26,007 nucleotides of DNA from an uncultured archaeon (GTDB lineage Archaea > Asgardarchaeota > Lokiarchaeia > Sigyniarchaeales > SOKP01), in the NCBI GenBank assembly GCA_964493715.1, contig CAZBPC010000045.1, positions 1 to 26,007 of the forward strand, in the 5' to 3' direction. This document shows, one piece after another, positions 1 to 8,451 of this stretch. The stretch's first letter is position 1. Every line of letters starts with the position of its first letter. The translations under genes were made by a program, and so were the position numbers. The notes beneath the pieces were generated by a model, which was not told the DNA's origin, did no database searches, and saw nothing but the letters and a program-made list of their open reading frames with translations.

Positions 1-2313
1 TGGTGTCCAAAATGTGCGACAGTACTAGCTAACGAGCAAGTGTTAAATGGTAACTGTTGGAGATGTAATTCTGAAGTGGATCAAAAATTTCTTACTCAAT
101 GGTTTTTAAAAATACGAGATTACGCAGAAGAACTCCTTGATGGATTAGATTCGGTGGATTGGCCCGATAAAGTAAAAATTATGCAGAGAAATTGGATCGG
201 AAGGTCAGAGGGAACAATAATTAAATTTCCAATTGTCGATGAAGACCGAACAATTGATATCTTTACTACAAGACCCGATACTTTATTTGGCGTAACATTT
301 ATGGTCTTCGCGCCTGAACATCCATGGATAAAAGAATGGGTAAAAAACACTGAATTTGAAAATCTTTTTGACAAATTTTATCAAGAGGTACTTAAACAAG
401 ATAAATTCGAACGTACTGATGTTGAAGTTGAAAAGAAAGGGATGTTCATAGGGAAATATGCTATAAACCCCCTTACAAATGAAAAAATACCCATATATAT
501 CGGGAATTTTGTTGTATTCGAATATGGTGCAGGTGCCGTTATGGCAGTCCCTGGGCATGATTCAAGAGATTTTGAATTTGCTAAAAAATATAATATTCCA
601 ATTAAAATTGTCATTCAACCATTTGATTATCAATTAAATGCAAGTAAAATGACGCGTGCGTATGAAGGAGAAGGTATTCTAGTTAATTCTGGTGAGTTTG
701 ATGGGATTGATAATAAAAGCGCTATAAAAGAAATTACCTTAAAACTCGAAGAAATAGAAAAGGGAATGGCAACAATAAATTATAGACTAAGAGATTGGTT
801 AATTTCAAGACAAAGATACTGGGGTTCCCCAATACCAATCATATATTGTGATGATTGCGGAATTTTGCCAGTACCATATGATCAGCTTCCTGTAGAGCTA
901 CCAGAGGATGTTGAATTTACAGGAAAAGGAAATCCTTTAACAACAAGCGCAAGCTTTTTAAAAGTTCAGTGTCCTAAATGTAATAAACCCGCTAGACGAG
1001 AAACAGATACGATGGATACATTTGTAGACAGTTCATGGTACTTTTTTAGATTTTGCGATCCCCATTCTGTAAATTTGCCCTATACTAATAAAATAGCGAA
1101 TTATTGGATGAATGTCGATCAATATATTGGTGGAATTGAACACGCGATACTCCATTTACTTTACGCAAGATTTTTCACAAAAGTTGCACGAGATATAGGG
1201 ATGCATTCATTTGATGAACCTTTTCAAAGATTGTTGACTCAAGGTATGATAAATAAAGCACATCCCTATTGTCCAAATTGTGGAATTTTTGCTATGAAAG
1301 CGGAAATGCATAACTCAAAATGTAAAAGATGTGGTAAGGAGTATATCTTAAAAAGCGTAAAAATGAGTAAAAGTTTAGGTAATACTGTTGATCCTATTGG
1401 GATCATGGAAAAATATGGAGCAGATGCTTCAAGATTTTTTATACTGTTTGGAGCCAGCCCAAAATCGGGACTAGAATGGTCAGATGAAGGGGTTGATTTT
1501 GCTTATAAGTTTATAAAAAACACATATTCGTTAATTTTCAATGAACCTGAAATCGTAAGGAAAGACGTAAAAATCCGTGATAAACTTATTGATTATTATC
1601 TGAACAAGACCATAAAAAATGTCTCTAAACATATGGAAAAAATAGAAATAAGAGATGCAATAAACGATCTCATTCAATTGACATCTGAATTAAATAAATA
1701 TAAAATTGAAGGTATTAATTATGCAACGTTTAAAAAGTGTCAAATTAATCTTATTTTAATGCTGCATCCCATAATTCCTCATGTGACTGAAGAGTTATGG
1801 GAATATGTGGGTAAAAAAGGTTTTTTAAGCTTGGCTAAATGGCCAGAATATGACGAAACCCCCCTTACTCCGATAAATGATTATAAGTGGAATCTGTTAT
1901 ATGATACAATTGATGCGATTAATCACATCTTATTAATTATTAAAAAAGAGAAAGTAACAGAAATTACTCTTATTACTGCTGTTCAGTGGAAATTTAAGTT
2001 ATATACACAATTTATGGACATTGTTACAAAAACAAAGGAACAAAAAGAAATCATTAAAATACTCATAAAAAACGATGAATTCAAGTCACAGGGTAAGTTT
2101 ATAGTAAAAACTGTTGATAATTTAATGAAAAATCTGGGAAAAGTCATTAAAACACCTATCAATGCTAATGAAGAGCTGGATTTCTTTATCGAAATATCAC
2201 CTATTTTAGAAAAAAAATATAACTGTTCTGTTAAGATAATCAATGAAGAAAAATCCACGGATCAAAAAGCAAAACAATCTCTACCGGGGAGACCTGCAAT
2301 CATAATTAAATAA
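1..2313 (+). CDS. leuS: Leucyl-tRNA synthetase, bacterial-type core, 5'-truncated by window edge
   Basis: Frame is open from base 1 ([14 protein letters not shown]...), so the GTG at 40 is internal. Motifs: [19 protein letters not shown], editing domain FTTRPDT and [68 protein letters not shown]. The HIGH motif lies upstream of the window. Confidence 0.97.
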   Translation, partial: WCPKCATVLANEQVLNGNCWRCNSEVDQKFLTQWFLKIRDYAEELLDGLDSVDWPDKVKIMQRNWIGRSEGTIIKFPIVDEDRTIDIFTTRPDTLFGVTFMVFAPEHPWIKEWVKNTEFENLFDKFYQEVLKQDKFERTDVEVEKKGMFIGKYAINPLTNEKIPIYIGNFVVFEYGAGAVMAVPGHDSRDFEFAKKYNIPIKIVIQPFDYQLNASKMTRAYEGEGILVNSGEFDGIDNKSAIKEITLKLEEIEKGMATINYRLRDWLISRQRYWGSPIPIIYCDDCGILPVPYDQLPVELPEDVEFTGKGNPLTTSASFLKVQCPKCNKPARRETDTMDTFVDSSWYFFRFCDPHSVNLPYTNKIANYWMNVDQYIGGIEHAILHLLYARFFTKVARDIGMHSFDEPFQRLLTQGMINKAHPYCPNCGIFAMKAEMHNSKCKRCGKEYILKSVKMSKSLGNTVDPIGIMEKYGADASRFFILFGASPKSGLEWSDEGVDFAYKFIKNTYSLIFNEPEIVRKDVKIRDKLIDYYLNKTIKNVSKHMEKIEIRDAINDLIQLTSELNKYKIEGINYATFKKCQINLILMLHPIIPHVTEELWEYVGKKGFLSLAKWPEYDETPLTPINDYKWNLLYDTIDAINHILLIIKKEKVTEITLITAVQWKFKLYTQFMDIVTKTKEQKEIIKILIKNDEFKSQGKFIVKTVDNLMKNLGKVIKTPINANEELDFFIEISPILEKKYNCSVKIINEEKSTDQKAKQSLPGRPAIIIK

Positions 2314-2458
2314 TTGATTCTATCAAATCATAATGATTTCTATTATCAATTTATCACGTCGATATTAACTCAATTAATTTAAATAGATGTATTTTAATCA
2401 TATAATAAGATGAGCTAAAAATTATCTTTATTCGAAAAACTACTTATTCTATTTTATT

Positions 2459-3319
2459 ATGACATTTTATGAACTTTCAGTTATAACAAATACGGGTTTT
2501 CCTTATTATCATTTAACAATAAAACCCCCCCCTCAAGGTGTTAATTTATATCTGAGATTTTTTGATTTCTCAATGAATAACCCGAGTCAAAATGTCACAC
2601 TAGATTCTCTCAGTCTGTTTGAATTAAATGCTGGTTTAGTATCAGCTCTGTATGAATTTGCTAAAAATATTGATAAAAAAATCGAAATCATTGAGTTTTC
2701 ATCGGATTGGAAATTATCACAGAAGGAAGAACAAATAAAAAATAAAGGAGATGTGTTGATCACTACCCAAACAGAAACTTATCTTTTACATAATTCCATA
2801 AAAGCAAAAATTAAATTGATATATGAGACATTTATTGCTCCAAAAATACCTTTAGTAACCGCATTAGAAATTCTACAAAATGAAGAGGATAAGATTTTAG
2901 AAATTTTAACTGACTTTAAGGCAAGATCCCGTGTTATAAATCACAAAAAAGAGCTAGGTCAATTAACTCGTTCCTTTTTAAATGAAATGGAAAATTATGG
3001 TTTACTTTCTATTTGTGTTACTTCATTTGATCTTTCTCCAATTATGATATTTGGAGGAAAGTTTGATTTCAAAGATATTGATTCAATGTTGAGGAATATA
3101 TATGTATTTCCAGAAATAAGCCCACTAGAGTGGATATACAGGCAATCATTTAAATCTAATAATGATCCTATTTGGGTTTATATTATTAAATCTGGAGTTG
3201 GTCCAACTATCGATGGTTTATTTGAACCCTATTTTTATCTCTTAATAACTGAACCTCAATCCTATCTGGGTGAATTTCCCAGTAAATTAACAACAAAATT
3301 TAATCAAGTATTAGGATGA
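2459..3319 (+). CDS. Hypothetical protein, possibly longin/roadblock-like fold
   Basis: 286-aa ORF. N-terminal pattern (ELSVITNTGFPYY ... LNAGLVSALYEFAK) resembles longin/roadblock-fold proteins common in Asgard archaea. Fold call is tentative. Confidence 0.6.
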   Translation: MTFYELSVITNTGFPYYHLTIKPPPQGVNLYLRFFDFSMNNPSQNVTLDSLSLFELNAGLVSALYEFAKNIDKKIEIIEFSSDWKLSQKEEQIKNKGDVLITTQTETYLLHNSIKAKIKLIYETFIAPKIPLVTALEILQNEEDKILEILTDFKARSRVINHKKELGQLTRSFLNEMENYGLLSICVTSFDLSPIMIFGGKFDFKDIDSMLRNIYVFPEISPLEWIYRQSFKSNNDPIWVYIIKSGVGPTIDGLFEPYFYLLITEPQSYLGEFPSKLTTKFNQVLG

Positions 3320-3338
3320 AAAAAATATAGATTTTAGA

Positions 3339-4106
3339 TCATTGTGCTTTTTCCGCAGCTTTAATTATCTCATAAAAACTTAAAGCTTCTAATGAAGCTC
3401 CTCCAACTAAACCCCCATCAATATTATCTTTAGAAAAAATAGCTTCTGCATTGTTTGGTTTGATTGAACCACCATACTGGATTCTTACCTTATTCCCCAC
3501 TTCCTCGTTAAATCTTGTTACCACTAATGATCGTATGTAAGAATGGATTTCTTCAGCTTGCTCTGGCGTAGCTGTTTTTCCCGTTCCAATAGCCCATATC
3601 GGTTCATAGGCTATTATTGTTTTGACAATTTCTTCCTTCGAGATGTTTTTAAATGTGTTTTCCATCTGATATGCAATAATCTCTTTTGTTTTCCCTTCTT
3701 CTCTTTGATGTAGATGTTCACCAATACACACTATGGGTATTATATCAATCGATAATGCTTTTTTTAATTTTTTGTTTATTAAATCATCTGTTTCCTTAAA
3801 TATATTCCTTCTCTCACTATGACCAAGGATTACATATTCAACACCCATTTTTTTTAAGAAAATTGGAGAAATTTCACCTGTAAATGCTCCATCTTCTTCA
3901 AAATACATGTTTTGGGCAGCTACTTTTATGTTAGTGCTTTTTGCTCTGTTAACAACAGATTCAAGGGCAGTAAAAGGGGGAGCGACAATAATGTCCACTT
4001 GTTCAATCTTCTTCACCATAGGTCTCAAAATATTTAACATTTCTACTGCTTCGGAAGGAACTCCTAAATTCATTTTCCAATTCCCTCCTATTATAGGTTT
4101 CCTCAT
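3339..4106 (-). CDS. tpiA: Triosephosphate isomerase, bacterial/eukaryotic-type
   Basis: GNWKMN, AAQN, GAFTGEIS, ILGHSERR, AYEPIWAIGTGKTAT, YGGS, GGLVGGASL. Start placed at ATG 4106 (MRKP), with GGTGG SD-like sequence just upstream. The ORF track gives 4118. Confidence 0.98.
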   Translation of the reverse strand: MRKPIIGGNWKMNLGVPSEAVEMLNILRPMVKKIEQVDIIVAPPFTALESVVNRAKSTNIKVAAQNMYFEEDGAFTGEISPIFLKKMGVEYVILGHSERRNIFKETDDLINKKLKKALSIDIIPIVCIGEHLHQREEGKTKEIIAYQMENTFKNISKEEIVKTIIAYEPIWAIGTGKTATPEQAEEIHSYIRSLVVTRFNEEVGNKVRIQYGGSIKPNNAEAIFSKDNIDGGLVGGASLEALSFYEIIKAAEKAQ

Positions 4107-4189
4107 ATAAACCACCATGTTCTTAATTAATTTAAAAAATTGAATTAGATTAGCTTCAATTTGTATTGAAATTTCAAGTATTGCTTTAT

Positions 4190-4200
4190 TTATATTAGTT
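4190..4200 (-). promoter_or_regulatory. Putative BRE/TATA promoter of tpiA
   Basis: Minus-strand AACTAATATAA; an identical 11-mer lies upstream of the thioredoxin gene (5279-5289). Confidence 0.4.
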
Positions 4201-4223
4201 ATTAAAAAGATTAGAAATATGGA

Positions 4224-4727
4224 TTATTCTTCTTTCTTAATTTTATCTGATAATTTTGTTGCTTCTAGAAGTCTTTTTACTTCATCTACATCCGGAGCCA
4301 AAACTTTAGGCAATCCCAACTGATCTCTTCTTCGTTCTATTGCAGGTTGCATTGGAATTGCTTTTCCATTTTCAAAGATCGTCGTTGCTTGTGTTGTATA
4401 ATAATCCGGACCTTCTCCTCGTTCTATACTCATATTTTTTAGAATAGTGAATATTTCCGTGAGTTCGACCTTTTGCGGGCAGATCTCATCACAAGTGTCA
4501 CAGACGGTACATCCCCATATACTAAAAGCATTTTCCTTCCCGAATATCTTTTCTTTTAATCCAAGTAAAGCATCTAGAATCAATCTTCTGGGATTGTATC
4601 GCCCATTAGTGATTTGAGCAACGGGACAAGCACCACTACAAGTAGCACATTGGTAACAATAAGCAAGGGTACTACCTATATCTGATTGGATGATCTGGTT
4701 CCTAAAATCAAAATCTATAGTTGCCAT
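4224..4727 (-). CDS. hdrC: Heterodisulfide reductase subunit C-like 2x[4Fe-4S] protein
   Basis: CYQCATCSGACP and (IWG)CTVCDTCDEICPQ motifs, YNPRR, C-terminal RRRDQLGLP. ATG at 4727 (MATID) preferred over TTG at 4736. Confidence 0.88.
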   Translation of the reverse strand: MATIDFDFRNQIIQSDIGSTLAYCYQCATCSGACPVAQITNGRYNPRRLILDALLGLKEKIFGKENAFSIWGCTVCDTCDEICPQKVELTEIFTILKNMSIERGEGPDYYTTQATTIFENGKAIPMQPAIERRRDQLGLPKVLAPDVDEVKRLLEATKLSDKIKKEE

Positions 4728-4859
4728 TTTTAACAATATTGTTTTTTCTAAAGTTATATATTTATAACTTTCATTAAATTTTAAAATTAATTCTTTTAAA
4801 ATTTCTATTTTATTAAAAAATAGTATTTAAAAAATTAAAGAAACAGTAATTTCTGGTTT

Positions 4860-5216
4860 TTACATCTTTGAGATGATTTCTTTTAGTACGGGTTCTCCCG
4901 CTGCACCAACCATTATGCCATTACGGACAACTGGTTCATCTTGAACTTCAATAGTATGTTCCAGAAGGTGACCATCTTTAAAAAATAATAAAGTAGGAAT
5001 CGCTGTTATCCCAAACTTATTACCAAGAGGACGATTTTGATCAAGGTCAACTTTCAGTAGTTTAATCAAACCTTCTTTCTCTAATTTTTCTAAGATCGGA
5101 GATACCCACTTGCAAGGACCGCACCAATTCGTATACACGTCGATAATGACCTTTCCTTCATTCATATCATCTGAAATCAAAAGTCCAAACTTCTTTAATT
5201 CTTCGATACTCATCAT
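4860..5216 (-). CDS. trxA: Thioredoxin
   Basis: WCGPC active site, KVDLD, cis-Pro motif AIPTLLFFKDG. Confidence 0.93.
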   Translation of the reverse strand: MMSIEELKKFGLLISDDMNEGKVIIDVYTNWCGPCKWVSPILEKLEKEGLIKLLKVDLDQNRPLGNKFGITAIPTLLFFKDGHLLEHTIEVQDEPVVRNGIMVGAAGEPVLKEIISKM

Positions 5217-5240
5217 TTAATTTACCATTAAATAATTATG

Positions 5241-5258
5241 TCATTAGTGAACTAATGA
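5241..5258. promoter_or_regulatory. Inverted repeat, putative operator upstream of thioredoxin
   Basis: TCATTAGT-GA-ACTAATGA, a perfect 8-2-8 dyad between the putative TATA (5279-5289) and the trx start codon. Confidence 0.45.
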
Positions 5259-5278
5259 AGAAAATAATATTCTTTTCC

Positions 5279-5289
5279 TTATATTAGTT
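5279..5289 (-). promoter_or_regulatory. Putative BRE/TATA promoter of thioredoxin
   Basis: Minus-strand GAAACTAATATAAG; shares an 11-mer with the tpiA upstream region. Confidence 0.4.
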
Positions 5290-5486
5290 TCAGTTATAAA
5301 AATTATGAGAAATATGGTGATTAAGAGTATTTTATTTTATAAGGAAATTGTTGAGGATAATTTAAAAATTAAGTATTTTTTGGATAGGATCATACTAAAC
5401 ATCCATTAATTGAATTAAAAACTTTATTATAACTCTCATATTTTTTAGATATAATTTGTTTTAACATTATTCTAGTTGTATAAATA

Positions 5487-5990
5487 ATGAATTATTCTAG
5501 GAATGAATTGGTGCAATCCGAAGCGACAATGAATCAGATGAGAAATTCAATTTATATACTCCAACGATTTATGAAAAAAAATGGTTTAACTGAGATTAAA
5601 CAAAGATTAAATAGAATGGGGAAAAACATTGCTCATACTTATGTGAAATATTGGAAACCTATTGAAGTAATTGATATCAACAATATTAGTGATAGCTTAG
5701 CTACCATATATAAAAATGTTCTTAGTAGCACGGTTTCAATTGAAATTAATTCAAATAATAACACAATTTCAGTTAAAGATAATGATTGTTCTTTATGTAA
5801 ATATCAGTTTGGGGATATTGAAGTAGCGGGTTGCGAAGTAATTGCTAGTATGGTAGCTGAATTTGTAAATCTTATTAATGCCCATTCGGGATCCTCATTT
5901 ATTTTAGAACCCCTTAATATTAAAGAATCACGCGCATTGGGCAATAAAACGTGCATTCATGTCTATAAATATCTTGAGGGAGGTAAATAA
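5487..5990 (+). CDS. V4R / TRAPP (Bet3-like) fold protein
   Basis: RLNRMGKNIA helix resembles the Bet3-family L..MG.NIG motif. V4R-type Cys pattern CSLC ... GCE ... TC. Confidence 0.7.
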   Translation: MNYSRNELVQSEATMNQMRNSIYILQRFMKKNGLTEIKQRLNRMGKNIAHTYVKYWKPIEVIDINNISDSLATIYKNVLSSTVSIEINSNNNTISVKDNDCSLCKYQFGDIEVAGCEVIASMVAEFVNLINAHSGSSFILEPLNIKESRALGNKTCIHVYKYLEGGK

Positions 5991-5992
5991 CA

Positions 5993-7468
5993 ATGGGTAC
6001 AGTTCAATGGCTATTAAAAAAAATAACAAAAATCTTTGGAAGGAGTACTAATTCTTTGTTTTATACTCTTCTATATAGGGAGATTTTGAAAGAAATTAAT
6101 GAAATTACAGAGAATGAGGAAGATACTCTCGTTCTTTTAAGAGAAATCGGAAAAAGAGCATCATTTGAGTCTTGTAATCGACATCCTACCGTGTTTAAAT
6201 TTATGCCTGGAAATCCTCAAAAAGTTCTTGAATATTTTGAGTTGCTTTGGGTAGTAGTTTTCGGAAAAGAACTTGCTGAAGGGGATTTAACACATGAAGA
6301 AATCGTAAATAAAGATTCAAAATATAATGAATATAAAATTAAAATCAAAACTTGTCCTATATGTGCTGGTTATGGTCAAGATGATGAGGATACTTTTGAT
6401 TTTCGAAAAATCAGAAATAAAAATACAGAAGGTTTAGCGTGCGGTTTAACAGGAATGTTGGAAAGCGTAGCAAATTACATTCTAAATATAAAAAAGAGCG
6501 AATATCGAATATCAATATACGAACAAAAATGCATGGCTAAAGATGAGGAATGTCTTCAATTCACATGTAAGATTTATGATGTCGCTAAATGGGAGGAGAT
6601 GTCTTCGATTAATATTCAAGATCAGCTAAAATCAGGCGTGCTTTTTGAAGAATCAGTAGGCGAAAGTGAAATTCCAGATACGAAATCAGATTTTTTTGAC
6701 AAACTCCAGGACGTCATATCCTTAGATAAAATTGAAGAGTTATTGGACGAACCCTTAGAGGGAATTAAGAAAAAAGTTGCAGAAGTAATACGAGATAAAT
6801 TAAATATGGAACCCGATCATTTCTTTGACTACTTTCGAAATTATGAAGATGATTTAATAAGAATTATTGGGTTCCTCATGGTTCATCTTTTAAATGAATA
6901 TGGTGGTTTAATTGAAAAGATTTTGGAAAATAAAACTTTTTCGAAAATTATTGGTTATTTCTTCAATCAACTTAAAGAATTTACCATGCTTTTTATTCCC
7001 ATAGACGTTATCAACGATTATCACCAATTAATGGTTAGTTTTTTAGAGGGTTTAGCACCACCTGAAATGGTAGAAAACATAAAACTTTTTTCTGGAAAGG
7101 ATGATATCACTTTTTTTTATGAGGGCGCTCAAATGGCACTTGAAAACCTTGGAATTGATTTTACTGAATTAAAAGATAATGTTTGGGAAGAATTAAGAAG
7201 AGAGAAAAAGGATGAATTAGTATCTTCAGATCCATCCCTGATTGACAAAACTGAAGAACAGCTTCCAAAAATCATCCGCATCGTACAAGAAGTTTTGATG
7301 TTAATTGGTGATATTTTTACCTTACCATTGAGAGTTCTAATTTCAGAGAGCCATTACGGATTAAAAACAGCTATAAATTCTGTCGTTTCTGAAGAAGAAG
7401 GTTTATATGGTAAAATCAAAACCAGACTAGATGTTATATTCGATTATATTCAAGAAATCCGTAAATAA
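5993..7468 (+). CDS. V4R / TRAPP (Bet3-like) domain protein with long acidic helical C-terminal region
   Basis: NSLFYTLLYREILKEINEITENEEDTLVLLREIG resembles the Bet3 N-terminus. Cys pattern CPIC ... ACG ... KCMAKDEEC. Starts 2 nt after the upstream stop with a GGAGG SD, implying translational coupling. Confidence 0.7.
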   Translation: MGTVQWLLKKITKIFGRSTNSLFYTLLYREILKEINEITENEEDTLVLLREIGKRASFESCNRHPTVFKFMPGNPQKVLEYFELLWVVVFGKELAEGDLTHEEIVNKDSKYNEYKIKIKTCPICAGYGQDDEDTFDFRKIRNKNTEGLACGLTGMLESVANYILNIKKSEYRISIYEQKCMAKDEECLQFTCKIYDVAKWEEMSSINIQDQLKSGVLFEESVGESEIPDTKSDFFDKLQDVISLDKIEELLDEPLEGIKKKVAEVIRDKLNMEPDHFFDYFRNYEDDLIRIIGFLMVHLLNEYGGLIEKILENKTFSKIIGYFFNQLKEFTMLFIPIDVINDYHQLMVSFLEGLAPPEMVENIKLFSGKDDITFFYEGAQMALENLGIDFTELKDNVWEELRREKKDELVSSDPSLIDKTEEQLPKIIRIVQEVLMLIGDIFTLPLRVLISESHYGLKTAINSVVSEEEGLYGKIKTRLDVIFDYIQEIRK

Positions 7469-7499
7469 TATAAAAATTAAAATAAATAAAAAAAATTTT

Positions 7500-8198
7500 T
7501 TAGGTTTTTAATCCTAGATACATCCAAAGAGCAAAAGTCATCATAACTCCGCGAACAAATCCTATGGCTATACCTGGAGGAATTATAGAGTCTAATGCTC
7601 CACAGACAACAAAAATTATAAATCCTAGCGCTAAATAAATAAATTTCTTTCTTAATTCTCCTGTTGCTTGTTTTGCTTTTATTAGGAAGCCAATACCAAG
7701 AAATACTAGGGTCGATACGAGGAACAATGCAATTAATAAAAATGTTGGATGCGTTCTAACAAAACTAGCATCAATTAATTCATCACCTGGATTATTAAGT
7801 GTCCATGTGAAGGATGCGTTTGTTTGGAACCATAAAAAATACTCAAACACTAATCCTAATGCTATAAATATTCCAACGATTACCCATTTTTTTTTTGGAA
7901 ACATCAAGGATCCACCAAGATACATTGCCACTACTAAAGCAGGAGCAACCCAAAGATAACTCAAGATGGAATATAAAGAAGTAGGTGTAATATTTGTGTG
8001 AAAGAAAAGAACCAATATGAAATCTATAAAAGGTCCTAACCACAAGAAACCAACAAAAAACATTGTCAAACCGGCCCAAGCTAATAATTTCGCACCTAAT
8101 TTACTCGCTCGATAAAATGATAACAAACCAAAGATAGTTGCAGACAAAATAATTCCTGATGCTGTAAGGCCATCTAACCATCCTAATGCGTCAATCAT
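7500..8198 (-). CDS. Stand-alone seven-transmembrane protein (HisKA_7TM-like sensor domain)
   Basis: Seven hydrophobic segments with a longer loop between TM4 and TM5, no cytoplasmic output domain, GGAG SD upstream. Confidence 0.65.
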   Translation of the reverse strand: MIDALGWLDGLTASGIILSATIFGLLSFYRASKLGAKLLAWAGLTMFFVGFLWLGPFIDFILVLFFHTNITPTSLYSILSYLWVAPALVVAMYLGGSLMFPKKKWVIVGIFIALGLVFEYFLWFQTNASFTWTLNNPGDELIDASFVRTHPTFLLIALFLVSTLVFLGIGFLIKAKQATGELRKKFIYLALGFIIFVVCGALDSIIPPGIAIGFVRGVMMTFALWMYLGLKT

Positions 8199-8451
8199 AA
8201 CAATATCTCCTTTTTTTAGTTTAATTTTATTTAAATTTTATATATTATATTGTGGATTGTGTATTTATAATTACTTCTTGACTTAAAATTTATCTTCTTA
8301 TCTTAATAGTCCATAAGTTAGTAGCTTAATTTTTTACTAAAGACCCTTTGTATTAAAAAAAAAGATTTTATTAAGGAAATTGATATAAATTAATATTAAA
8401 TTATAATTCAATAAATTCAACAAAAACTATCTAAAATTTAGAGTTTTTATT

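Noticed and set aside
40-42. GTG start given for leuS
   Set aside because: The frame is open to base 1 with conserved LeuRS sequence, and the HIGH motif is missing, so the true start is upstream.
2325-2339. Palindrome AAATCAT-A-ATGATTT after leuS
   Set aside because: Short and very AT-rich, plausible by chance; no second supporting instance.
4155-4177. Overlapping AT-rich palindromes upstream of tpiA (TTGAAATTTCAA)
   Set aside because: Expected by chance at this base composition; no independent support.
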